IMG/VR virus record: IMGVR_UViG_3300025886_000014
Location: 1,076-65,075 of that record
Direction: 5' to 3' (one strand)
DNA from: a virus
Length of the DNA stretch: 64,000 nt
The first letter of the stretch is position 1, and each line of letters begins with the position of its first letter. The position numbers were made by a program, and so were the translations under genes. The notes under the pieces were generated by a model. It was not told the DNA's origin and searched no databases. It saw only the letters and a list, made by a program, of their open reading frames with translations. Positions 38,960-48,094 of this stretch are shown here, in pieces.

Positions 38960-39787
38960 TTATCTCCTATTTCTTGATGAATGGCAATTAGAGTGGCAAT
39001 TAGAATGGCATACAGATTCAGTATATCCTGCTATATTTCCATCTATAGCAACAGTTTTCCATGCCTCATATAGATTATTGAATAATGTTTCCATATCACC
39101 ATCATCAATTAAATCTCCAGCGACTATCATTGAATGATCAACATCAGAAGAATCAATGGTGAAACTATGTCTAGGAGTTAAAACGCCCACTCCACTAACA
39201 CTTATTGCTTTACCTATAACAGCACCACTTCGTAAACTAACTGCATATTTTTGTGTCGCTGATGTACAAGCCGATTGAGCGTCTGAACGTAAGGTCTCTG
39301 CTTCTTGTTTTGTGGAAGGTTTTCCACCAATACCATATGAATTCCAATTTGTAAAAAACTCTGAGATAAATCCACCAAAAGTAACACCAGCCCCAGCAGA
39401 TACTTCGTTGTCTAAAGCATCTCTCCATTCACAAGCAAAGTTTTTTTCCTTTTCTGCATTTTCGGTAGATGCCGTATTGCGTGACGGTATTGGTATATTT
39501 CCACCTGGAATACCAGTTACAGTTCTTGTGGCAGTAAATTTTCTAACTCTAGTATATTGGTTAATATCCTTTAATAGAACAGCAAAAATATTTGATGCTG
39601 TTATTGGCCCATCCAACAAATCAGGATTTGTTGTCACACCAGTTGTATTTCCATGAAAATAACTTGCTACTGATGCAAATGGTAGATTATCATCACCAAA
39701 CACAATAGCATCATTAATTTTATCAGTCACAAACTGTCTGTATTTTGTAATTACAGGGTTTTCTGTAATAGGGTCTGATATTGCCAT
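38960..39787 (-). CDS. Protein with C-terminal (CHSN)n Cys/His repeat; candidate substrate of the cassette
   Basis: Ends VCHSNCHSNCHSSRNRR*. A 12-nt DNA repeat is visible at about 38978-39010. GGAG SD upstream. Confidence 0.7.
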   Translation of the reverse strand: MAISDPITENPVITKYRQFVTDKINDAIVFGDDNLPFASVASYFHGNTTGVTTNPDLLDGPITASNIFAVLLKDINQYTRVRKFTATRTVTGIPGGNIPIPSRNTASTENAEKEKNFACEWRDALDNEVSAGAGVTFGGFISEFFTNWNSYGIGGKPSTKQEAETLRSDAQSACTSATQKYAVSLRSGAVIGKAISVSGVGVLTPRHSFTIDSSDVDHSMIVAGDLIDDGDMETLFNNLYEAWKTVAIDGNIAGYTESVCHSNCHSNCHSSRNRR

Positions 39788-39797
39788 TCTTTATCTC

Positions 39798-40817
39798 CTA
39801 GACATTCTTTGCCAATTCCATCATTAAACTTTTAGGTGCGCCACACACATCACCTTCCCATCCTAATTGGTGACAATCACCACCACAATATTTTGCAACA
39901 GGACAAGAAAGGCAATTGGGGTTTCTCATTTTTTCTTCAATAATAGTTCGTATTCTTCTAGGACTATTTATAAGAGTTTTAATAGAATCATCCAAAGTTC
40001 CGAATTGAAATTCTGGTGCTGAATTCGGACAACCACTTATTGTACCATCTCCATTTATTGTAAATAATTTTGTTTCACAATCTCTACAAAAAGTGCCACA
40101 CGTAGTAAGAGTTTTCTCAAACTTAGCATATACATTTTCAAGAAAGTCATTTTCAAACCAATCTCGCGCACCATATTTTTCACTTTGTTGATGCATTTTC
40201 AAAAAATAAGCATCTAATTCTTTATTAGATGGAAATATCTCTGATGCTTCTCTAGCATTACCATTATTAGTTAATCTCTCTAAGGATACTTCTTGAACCC
40301 CTAATCTTCTACACCATCTCAATAATACAATAGGGTCTTTTTCTAAAGTATCTTTAGTAAGACTAATAAACAAACGTATAGTTACACCATCTGCTAAAAG
40401 AGACTTGACGTTTTTATGCCATAAGTTATATTGTCTTTGATTATCAAATCTTATCTTACGGTCCCATGAAGTTCCTAACCTATTCCTAAGTGGGCCTTTT
40501 ATAAATTCTCTATGCTGATCTTTTAATTTATATACTAAATTGGTTGTGGCTCCCCAACTCATATTATCCCAAAGACCATCACAAGCATCATACACTTTTC
40601 TCATTTGCCCTACAGGTACAAGAAATGGTTCGCCACCATGAAACTCTAAATGAATACCATCATCCTTCGCAGGTTTTTCTTCACGAAATCTATGTATCCA
40701 ATCAACTATCTTATCAGTATTCCAATAAATTTTAGCACCGTTGCTACCAGAGGTAAAACAGTGCTTACAGTTTAATTGACAAGTTTCTGTGGTTTTAAGA
40801 TATACTGACCAAAACAC
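39798..40817 (-). CDS. Radical SAM/SPASM protein
   Basis: YLKTTETCQLNCKHCF and FHGGEPFL. C-terminal CGTFCRDC...ISGCPN...CLSCPVAKYCGGDC...C. Confidence 0.9.
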   Translation of the reverse strand: MFWSVYLKTTETCQLNCKHCFTSGSNGAKIYWNTDKIVDWIHRFREEKPAKDDGIHLEFHGGEPFLVPVGQMRKVYDACDGLWDNMSWGATTNLVYKLKDQHREFIKGPLRNRLGTSWDRKIRFDNQRQYNLWHKNVKSLLADGVTIRLFISLTKDTLEKDPIVLLRWCRRLGVQEVSLERLTNNGNAREASEIFPSNKELDAYFLKMHQQSEKYGARDWFENDFLENVYAKFEKTLTTCGTFCRDCETKLFTINGDGTISGCPNSAPEFQFGTLDDSIKTLINSPRRIRTIIEEKMRNPNCLSCPVAKYCGGDCHQLGWEGDVCGAPKSLMMELAKNV

Positions 40818-41313
40818 TATTCATTTTATCCTCTATAAATTTTTCTAAGCCAAAACTCAAAGTAAGTGCTTCATGTTCATTAAATGCTTGGTGAGGGGTA
40901 TTCGCAGGAATATGTAGTGTTGCACCTTCCTTCAAAGTAAATACTGGTTCACCACCCATAGTATGACCTTCCATTGCTATCGTTTTCATTCCTTCACAAC
41001 AATATATAACGACATTATCTGGATCAGTATGTTTTTTGAATGAATGAGCATTTTTTTCAGCATAAAATAAATGACATGTTATTGGGCCATTATGATCATA
41101 CATATCTTCTAGTTCTAAACAATAAGAAAAAATCTCCGAGTTATATGCTTCCATTCTTTCAATTTTTATTGAATTTGTATTTTTATTTGCAAGAGTATCC
41201 GCAAAATTTTTCATTAGATGTTCTCTGCCATTTTCATCTATTGCATAAACCATATTTTGTTCATACGCAAGATCACTCGCAATTATTTTTAAGAATTGAC
41301 TCTTAGTAAGCAT
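40795..41313 (-). CDS. JmjC/cupin-like Fe(II) oxygenase
   Basis: HLFY...SFKKHTD (HxD)...GATLHIPANTPHQA...LTLSFG, matching the cupin-4/JmjC pattern. AAGGA SD upstream. Confidence 0.7.
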   Translation of the reverse strand: MLTKSQFLKIIASDLAYEQNMVYAIDENGREHLMKNFADTLANKNTNSIKIERMEAYNSEIFSYCLELEDMYDHNGPITCHLFYAEKNAHSFKKHTDPDNVVIYCCEGMKTIAMEGHTMGGEPVFTLKEGATLHIPANTPHQAFNEHEALTLSFGLEKFIEDKMNSVLVSIS

Positions 41314-41339
41314 AACAAAATCCTTTAATGACTAAGACT

Positions 41340-41368
41340 ATTATAAACTACATAGCCTAAAATGTCAA
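41340..41368 (-). promoter_or_regulatory. Consensus sigma70 promoter (TTGACA-N17-TATAAT) upstream of the radical SAM cassette
   Basis: On +, TGTCAA at 41363-41368 and ATTATA at 41340-41345 with an exact 17-nt spacer, in the 63-nt intergenic gap. Confidence 0.85.
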
Positions 41369-41376
41369 TATGTAAT

Positions 41377-42588
41377 TTAGAGTTTAAGGACACACTCAAT
41401 CATTTTTTCACCCTCAAAATCATTACTTTCAAGAGCGAGACCTACTAATTCTGCACCATTAAACTCTGAACTAGCAACACCATCACGCCAAGTATATACT
41501 GCCTCACCTTTTCTAATTTGACCATTTACTCTTACGGGAACCCTACCTTTAAGTGCAAGTGCTTGTCCTTCTGCTTCTGCATTCATAAGAAATGCTGGCT
41601 CTGCTGAAACGACTCCAATTGGAATACCAGAAGTGGTACATCTTGTAGTTTCACCAGTTGGCCCAAAATTTACCATCATAACAGTGCCTATTGGATAATC
41701 TTCATCTGTGGTATATTTTTCCGCAAGGTCAGCAAAATTAGCAGATGTAGCATTACCATGAAAAGTTGTTGCGTACATATTTGCGTATTTAAACGATGAA
41801 CTACCCACACTGTAAGAGTTATCTGTGTCTGGAACAATATGCCCACCGTGATTTATTTGACCATTAAATGTTGATGTAACAGAAAGAGCGGAAGTCCCAA
41901 CAGTAACCGTATTGTAAAAAGTACTAGTTCCATTATATACTCTTGTACCAGTGTATGATGTGGAAACATTATTTCTTACAAGAGATGGGTCCATTGCTTC
42001 TAATGGTATTGTAGTACCATCAGTCACTATTTTACTAGCAGGAATATCAGGTATTCTTCCTATTAGAAAAGTTCCCCTATTAATTTTACTAGTATGTAAA
42101 GATGGAATACGATCACTATCAAATTGCCCAGCAGTGGTTTGATTTGCAGATAGATATGGTAATCTAGCAGTTGCTAATGTTCCAGTTGTTATAACCCCAG
42201 CATCTATTGCTGGTATTAATGATGGATTAATAGTTCCAGTTGTTAATTTTCCAGCATCTAAATTAGGAATATCGTTTGCCGTGAGTGGATTACATGTGAA
42301 TGTAAATACCCCACCACCAATACCTGCTGAATCTGTATAAGATAAACTTGAATATGTACCAGACCCACCAGTTGATAATGCTAATGCAGTTCTTGCTAAT
42401 CCTTGCACTTCACCATTAACAGCAAATTTACTTTCAATTGAATTTACTGCACCGACAATACTTCCACTATCAGTTGTATTTAAATCATCTAAATCACCTA
42501 TATAAGTTGCAGTAAGGTTTGTTTTCATTCTCCAAGCATTTACTGAATTACTGAGATCAACATTTTCTAATCTAGCCATTAGTGTCAC
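41377..42588 (-). CDS. Tail fibre-like protein with C-terminal chaperone-like domain (probable start MARLEN at 42579)
   Basis: Contains 18-aa IPxLxAxKIxxG repeats. C-terminal ADLAEKY....YPIGTV...IGVVSAEPAFLMN...ALKGRVPVRVNG.I.KG (peptidase G2-type chaperone-like). Confidence 0.7.
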   Translation of the reverse strand: MTLMARLENVDLSNSVNAWRMKTNLTATYIGDLDDLNTTDSGSIVGAVNSIESKFAVNGEVQGLARTALALSTGGSGTYSSLSYTDSAGIGGGVFTFTCNPLTANDIPNLDAGKLTTGTINPSLIPAIDAGVITTGTLATARLPYLSANQTTAGQFDSDRIPSLHTSKINRGTFLIGRIPDIPASKIVTDGTTIPLEAMDPSLVRNNVSTSYTGTRVYNGTSTFYNTVTVGTSALSVTSTFNGQINHGGHIVPDTDNSYSVGSSSFKYANMYATTFHGNATSANFADLAEKYTTDEDYPIGTVMMVNFGPTGETTRCTTSGIPIGVVSAEPAFLMNAEAEGQALALKGRVPVRVNGQIRKGEAVYTWRDGVASSEFNGAELVGLALESNDFEGEKMIECVLKL

Positions 42589-42799
42589 CTAACTTTCTGG
42601 AAATTTCTACAAGCAGATTTTTCATATCCGCTACTTCTGATTTTAATACTTGAAATTCTTCTTTTTCTTCTCGCATTTTTTTCTTTCTTGCCTTCGCTTT
42701 TTCAATTTCTACAAGATCACTATTAATTATAGCACCAGATTCTAAATCTTTGACATAATTTTTTTCACCTTGAATTTTAGAAAATAACATATTAATCAC
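42572..42799 (-). CDS. Small coiled-coil hypothetical protein
   Basis: ORF track. KDLESGAIINSD followed by a basic/acidic coiled coil. Lies directly after the VrlC-like gene. Confidence 0.6.
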   Translation of the reverse strand: MINMLFSKIQGEKNYVKDLESGAIINSDLVEIEKAKARKKKMREEKEEFQVLKSEVADMKNLLVEISRKLGDTNG

Positions 42800-45700
42800 C
42801 TAAACTTATTGCTCTTAAATCACGGATGGCTGGAACTCTAGAAGAATTTGTTGACTTCATTACTATTTTTAATTTAAATTTAGTAAAATCTGGCATTGTG
42901 CCTGTATCACCGCCAATAGTGTAAATATATTCTCTAAAAGTAACAAAGTCATTATCACTTGGCATAGGAGTATCTATCTTTGCTAAACTCCAAGGAACAC
43001 TATCAAATTCAACATCACCCATTTGTGCCTTATAATACAACTCAACTTCGCAAACTGATGGCCTATTAATACCAGCAAAAACTTTCAAACCATTTGCTGG
43101 AGAGAGTAATCTTACAGATTTTGTGATATGTTTTGCTGATGCTGAACCGTTCAAGGGATCAGTCTCTGCCTTATATGTTTCATATCCAGAAGTGGCTACA
43201 TCAAGAACAACCTTACTTCCACCACTAGTTGCTTGTGAAACTGGACTATCAATAATATTTTCAATTAAATTAACAGATGCTCTTTGCAAATCAATAACAG
43301 GAGAAACAAAATTAGATGTTGTTTCCATATTACCGTACACAAGAAGTGAAGAATGTCCCATACTACCTTCTCTAGTTGAGTGTGCAATTGATCTTGGCGC
43401 AGCATAATAATTATTAGTTTTTGTTATGAATGGCTCTGTATTATATTGCACGTATGGGGATTCACTACCAGCATAAGATTTTCCACTAATACCTTTATGT
43501 GTAAAATTAATAGATGAACTTATAGGAGATAAGGTTTCAATATTAGGCCAAGCCAAATTGTAAGAATATTGTGGCGTTATTGTTACGTTAGTTCCACCAG
43601 TTATAATTGGGGATAATGGTGTACCAACCGCTGCCGTTCCAGCAGGTGTGGTTATTGTAGAAGCGGCAGAAACAAATGCAAAACTATTCGCATCAACTTC
43701 TGTTACAGTATGTGCTGTTCCACCATTATTAATAGCAGCACCGTATGTTGCATTGACTACTCCAGATATTACAACACTATCACCAACAATTAAACCGTGA
43801 TTAGGAGCATTTACCTTAACTGTTGTTTTATCAATAACTGATGTTGGTGCGCCCTTACCAAATAAGGTAATAGGATTGTTACTTAAAACTCTTACAGGAA
43901 CATTGGCATTTTTGAGAGTAGCGATACCGCCAGTTGTATCAAAAGATGCTCTTTCCAATTTGAATTTCATATCTTCCCATTGCGCTGCTTCCCAAGTTAC
44001 ACTGTTTTGTGATTTAAATAGTGATCCTAAAAATGGTTGTCTGTTTATTTTTTCTTCTGTAGTACCTAAAACGAATTCACCAACCTTTGAAGTATACAGT
44101 AAATAATCAGTATTATCCGTTAAACAAACTATAGCATAGTCAGTACTATTACCTTTTAAATAAACTGGTTCATCAAACGTAAATACTGTTCCAACAGTAG
44201 CATCAGCACTTATAGAGACTTGAGCAGATGTTAGTAGTTTTTGAGAACCAGGAAGAATTACGTCAGAAGATGGATAACCATTTACCATTGGTCTTATTTG
44301 AACCCAAACAGGCATATCAGAACTTTTTTGTTTAAAGTACAATGTGACTCTACTAACGAATACTCCAGTTTGTTCATGAACTGTAAATGATTGTGCAAGA
44401 GGATCAATTCTTACAGTATTTTGTCCAGTGACTTCTCTGGTAACAGTTTCAGATGATGTGCCAACAACTTCTAATACTCTAGTTGTTTCAACATCCTCTT
44501 GTCTGGTATCCAATATACCAGTAGAAGTAAATACTCCAGATGCAGTGGTTATTGCTTTACTATCGTCTATGCTTGTTATATCGGTTAATTTAAATTCTAC
44601 ACTACCAGTTTTAAATCTAATAGTATTTGTACTTGGAATAAAAAATGATCCTTCAATTTGACCATTTCCATCACTATATAACTTGGATGAAGTATTAGGA
44701 TGAGATGTTGAGTTAACTTGACTGTTGCCATATTCTGTTTGTTTATGCGAGTTATACGAATTAAATGATTCTTGCTTAACCCAATCAGCAACAGAAACCC
44801 CATCAAAAAATGCGAACATTTCAGTATTTGGTTGAAGACCAGATGCTCTGAAGAAAATCATTTTAGAACGCATAAATGGAATAAATGCCCATTGTACGAG
44901 TCTATCTCCAACAACTTCATTAACAGTACTGCTTCCAACAATCCTATTTACGACTGTGGTGTTCGTTCTTGCAATTCCTGTAGTAGTTCTTCTCCAATGT
45001 CTACGACTTGTACCAAATGCTCCACTGCGAGTAGTAAATTGACTTACATCAGTAAATGCTTCTTCACCTGTGACATTTGATTGTGATGTTTGTGCGCCAA
45101 CTTCAAGCCCATTTAGGTCAGAACCACCCCAATTCCATTCCCATTCATTCCAAAGAACTGCTGCATCAGTATTAAGTCTTGTACCACCATCAATCATATT
45201 ATCAGCAAGATATTCAATTTCTTTCCAATCATCACTGGCTGGAGACATTTTAACATGCCCTCTAAATCCTATAACCATAAATGGATTAACATTTTCAGTT
45301 CCAGATGCCAAACTCTGTTCTAAATAATCAGTATGTGTGTAATCTAAATAAATATTATCACCAACTATAGTAGTTCTAGTAGAAAGCGCATCATCATAAA
45401 CTAAACCAATATTATTTGCGCTAAATTTTGGTCTTGCAAATTGTTCTTGGGGATCAATTGACCCTTTATATTCTTGATTTTTTACATCTATATGACTTTG
45501 ATCAGAGAAGTTATCTGCAACGAAACCAGTTTTGGTTCTAGGGTTTCCATTTTCATCAAACACTTGAATATTTTTAGTATCAACTTCAAGTAAAGAAAGT
45601 GTTACTTGTTCTTCTAAGTCATCCACTCTCTTATCAATTTTACCAATATCGCGCATAGTGTATCGTTTGTTTTCAATCATGCTGAAAGTTAAATCTTTAC

Positions 45701-47126
45701 TATTCAATGTGTATGGATTAACCCTCACGCGATAAATTTCCATAGAGTTTGATGGAACATCTGGAAATTTTGGTTCAAATGATGGAGTTCCTTCAATATA
45801 CTTAAATTCTCCAGATTGTTGAATTATTAATTTATCATATCTTGGTAAATAATATTCAATATCTCCTGTCATAAGAGATATTGGTTTTGGAATTGCTGGA
45901 ACTCTTGCAGACGAATGAGTGAAATTATTACCACTTTGACCTTTAGATGGTCTTAGATCAATAATATCTTTTAAATCAACTTCTGAACCATCTTCCATAA
46001 CATATGTTGGAATATTATCATAGGTAAACCCAGCACCAACATAGGAATTAGGTGCAAAGTAATCTCCTTGACCATGTTCAAAATATGTAAATGAAACCCA
46101 AATTGTAGTGTTATCTAAAGAGTGACCATTTTTTAATCTTAATTTTCCAGTTTCATAAAAGGCATCTCTCTGCCCGTTATCCAATATAAATTTATCAGTA
46201 ATAATATCACCAGTTGCATCACCATATCTAATTTCTGGAACAGATATAATATCAACTTCATTTAAATCCACTGAGACATTAGTAGCACCAGCAGTCCAAG
46301 CAACCGTATAATTTCTTGTTCCAGTTTGTTTTGTTTTTGGTGCAAGAGTGGCAGATGCTTTATATACATAAGCAATGATCGTGAATGTTTCATCTACACT
46401 TGTATCGGTAGCAACTAAACTATTAACTGTTGCTGATGAAGAGTTAAGGCTTCCACTAGTCACACCATGCGATTGAATAGTACCAGAACTATTAGATACA
46501 ATCCAATCAGATATATCAGAGAAAACTTCACCAGATGCACAAGTGAATGTTAATGTTGTAGAACCAGCAGACAGTGTTGCTGCAAATTTCTTCTGCTGAT
46601 AAATTGATAAATTTGTTACCGCTTTCGCTCTTGGATTTGATACTGAAAAAAGAAGTCCTTTATTGTTTGCACCATGAATAATAGACCTAGAGTTTTGTTG
46701 ATATATGTTAGCATAATCGCTAGTAGTTAAACCAACACTCTTTGCGTCAGTGGAAAAGAATTTTGTAGAGTTCATTTGAACATCAAAAATATAAAGTTTA
46801 TACGCCACCAAAGCAACACCAGAAGAGTCTACTATTTCATCATATTTTTCAATTGCTCTAACTCTACAACTACCAACAGTATTACCACCCCAATCAACAC
46901 TATCCTTAATGTGTACAACACCAAGTTCTGATATATTTGGAATACCTTTTAGACCAGAAACCGAAATAATAACATAATGCCCATATGCGGCCCCGACACT
47001 ATCGTTTGTAACAGTTTCAGTTGTGGTTGATTTACTTACAGATAAAAATGTAGGGAGATTTTTCTGTATCTTGTAACCATTAACATATGCTTTACCGGGA
47101 GAAACCCTTAGTTTAATATTCGCCAT
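42792..47126 (-). CDS. DUF4815/VrlC-like large virion protein, C-terminal part
   Basis: VSPGKAYVNGY, YYLPRYDKL, RYTMRDIGKIDKRV..LE..VTLSLLE, GFVADNF, IDPLAQSF, WEAAQWEDMKF. Confidence 0.8.
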   Translation of the reverse strand: MANIKLRVSPGKAYVNGYKIQKNLPTFLSVSKSTTTETVTNDSVGAAYGHYVIISVSGLKGIPNISELGVVHIKDSVDWGGNTVGSCRVRAIEKYDEIVDSSGVALVAYKLYIFDVQMNSTKFFSTDAKSVGLTTSDYANIYQQNSRSIIHGANNKGLLFSVSNPRAKAVTNLSIYQQKKFAATLSAGSTTLTFTCASGEVFSDISDWIVSNSSGTIQSHGVTSGSLNSSSATVNSLVATDTSVDETFTIIAYVYKASATLAPKTKQTGTRNYTVAWTAGATNVSVDLNEVDIISVPEIRYGDATGDIITDKFILDNGQRDAFYETGKLRLKNGHSLDNTTIWVSFTYFEHGQGDYFAPNSYVGAGFTYDNIPTYVMEDGSEVDLKDIIDLRPSKGQSGNNFTHSSARVPAIPKPISLMTGDIEYYLPRYDKLIIQQSGEFKYIEGTPSFEPKFPDVPSNSMEIYRVRVNPYTLNSKDLTFSMIENKRYTMRDIGKIDKRVDDLEEQVTLSLLEVDTKNIQVFDENGNPRTKTGFVADNFSDQSHIDVKNQEYKGSIDPQEQFARPKFSANNIGLVYDDALSTRTTIVGDNIYLDYTHTDYLEQSLASGTENVNPFMVIGFRGHVKMSPASDDWKEIEYLADNMIDGGTRLNTDAAVLWNEWEWNWGGSDLNGLEVGAQTSQSNVTGEEAFTDVSQFTTRSGAFGTSRRHWRRTTTGIARTNTTVVNRIVGSSTVNEVVGDRLVQWAFIPFMRSKMIFFRASGLQPNTEMFAFFDGVSVADWVKQESFNSYNSHKQTEYGNSQVNSTSHPNTSSKLYSDGNGQIEGSFFIPSTNTIRFKTGSVEFKLTDITSIDDSKAITTASGVFTSTGILDTRQEDVETTRVLEVVGTSSETVTREVTGQNTVRIDPLAQSFTVHEQTGVFVSRVTLYFKQKSSDMPVWVQIRPMVNGYPSSDVILPGSQKLLTSAQVSISADATVGTVFTFDEPVYLKGNSTDYAIVCLTDNTDYLLYTSKVGEFVLGTTEEKINRQPFLGSLFKSQNSVTWEAAQWEDMKFKLERASFDTTGGIATLKNANVPVRVLSNNPITLFGKGAPTSVIDKTTVKVNAPNHGLIVGDSVVISGVVNATYGAAINNGGTAHTVTEVDANSFAFVSAASTITTPAGTAAVGTPLSPIITGGTNVTITPQYSYNLAWPNIETLSPISSSINFTHKGISGKSYAGSESPYVQYNTEPFITKTNNYYAAPRSIAHSTREGSMGHSSLLVYGNMETTSNFVSPVIDLQRASVNLIENIIDSPVSQATSGGSKVVLDVATSGYETYKAETDPLNGSASAKHITKSVRLLSPANGLKVFAGINRPSVCEVELYYKAQMGDVEFDSVPWSLAKIDTPMPSDNDFVTFREYIYTIGGDTGTMPDFTKFKLKIVMKSTNSSRVPAIRDLRAISLGD

Positions 47127-48079
47127 TATGCGCTATCCTCGAATCTTATGAAAAACGGTGTAACTGTGTAATCTCCAGACTCATCATTTGTTCTAACCGC
47201 CATTAAATCATTAATTAAATTATATTGATCTAATCCAGTAACTCTTTCTGCTATTTTTGAATTCACAACATTAGCAACATACACGAATGTTTGTCCTGAT
47301 GTTATAAGGTCTTGAGTCGTAAGTACTAATTTAATTCTAAATCTATCTGCACCAGGCGCAGTTTGGTTTGGGACACTACCTTGATTATCATATAAAGTAA
47401 CATCATCATCTACTGTGACGATATCTTGTTCTACCTTAAAGCCAACAACCTTTGAAATATCATTGGTATATTTTGAAAGTATTATTTCTTGTTGAGGTGC
47501 GTGAACAAAAAAACCTTGTGTAAAAAAGTCTTGATTTCCACTTGAAAATTTGGTTCCAAAACCATATGCTGGATTAATTGTTGTATTAGTTGTTTGTACT
47601 ATCAAACGAGTTGATCCATTATTCTCAACTAATTCTTCTGATGGAGAAATATTAATAGTTTCAGTTGAAGATGTGCCACTAAGTGTATTTGTATACTGAA
47701 CATATAATGTGTCAGGGTCTGGAGATGATGCTAAAACAACCTCTAATATTTTTATAGTTACTCCAGAAGTTTGTCCTACAAAGGATTTACCAACTAAAGA
47801 ACTTGAATTGGCTGGTAGTGCATTTGTAGATGTATCCAATTTAATAAATCGGTATCTATTATTAATTGCAACACCACCAGCAGAAACCGCTGCACCTTCT
47901 TTGAAGATGTTTTTACCAAAGCGATTGACTCCTTCTTGGATAATCGTTTGGAGTTGGGTCAGTTCTCTTGCTTGTAATGCCTTTTTATTGTTAAAGAGAA
48001 TACGTTGAAAACTTTTATCTTCATCGTAGTCATCCCTATAAACATTTGCAAAAGTATTTGTGGTGAATGTCTTAACCAT
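47126..48079 (-). CDS. DUF4815/VrlC-like virion protein, N-terminal part
   Basis: YRDDYDEDK.FQRILF...LQARELTQLQTIIQ, APGADRF.I.L.L, RTNDESGDYTV.PF. Confidence 0.8.
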   Translation of the reverse strand: MVKTFTTNTFANVYRDDYDEDKSFQRILFNNKKALQARELTQLQTIIQEGVNRFGKNIFKEGAAVSAGGVAINNRYRFIKLDTSTNALPANSSSLVGKSFVGQTSGVTIKILEVVLASSPDPDTLYVQYTNTLSGTSSTETINISPSEELVENNGSTRLIVQTTNTTINPAYGFGTKFSSGNQDFFTQGFFVHAPQQEIILSKYTNDISKVVGFKVEQDIVTVDDDVTLYDNQGSVPNQTAPGADRFRIKLVLTTQDLITSGQTFVYVANVVNSKIAERVTGLDQYNLINDLMAVRTNDESGDYTVTPFFIRFEDSA

Positions 48080-48094
48080 TATAGTTTCTTTCTA

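Noticed and set aside
31368-40817. rSAM genes as 7-deazaguanine (QueE), anaerobic RNR activase or other known DNA-modification enzymes
   Set aside because: No QueC, QueD, FolE, DpdA or NrdD in the window. The enzymes have C-terminal Cys clusters and sit among fibre genes. This cannot be fully excluded without searches.
41314-41376. Rho-independent terminator separating the upstream fibre gene from the cassette
   Set aside because: No GC-rich hairpin with a U-tract was found, so read-through from upstream late transcripts remains possible.
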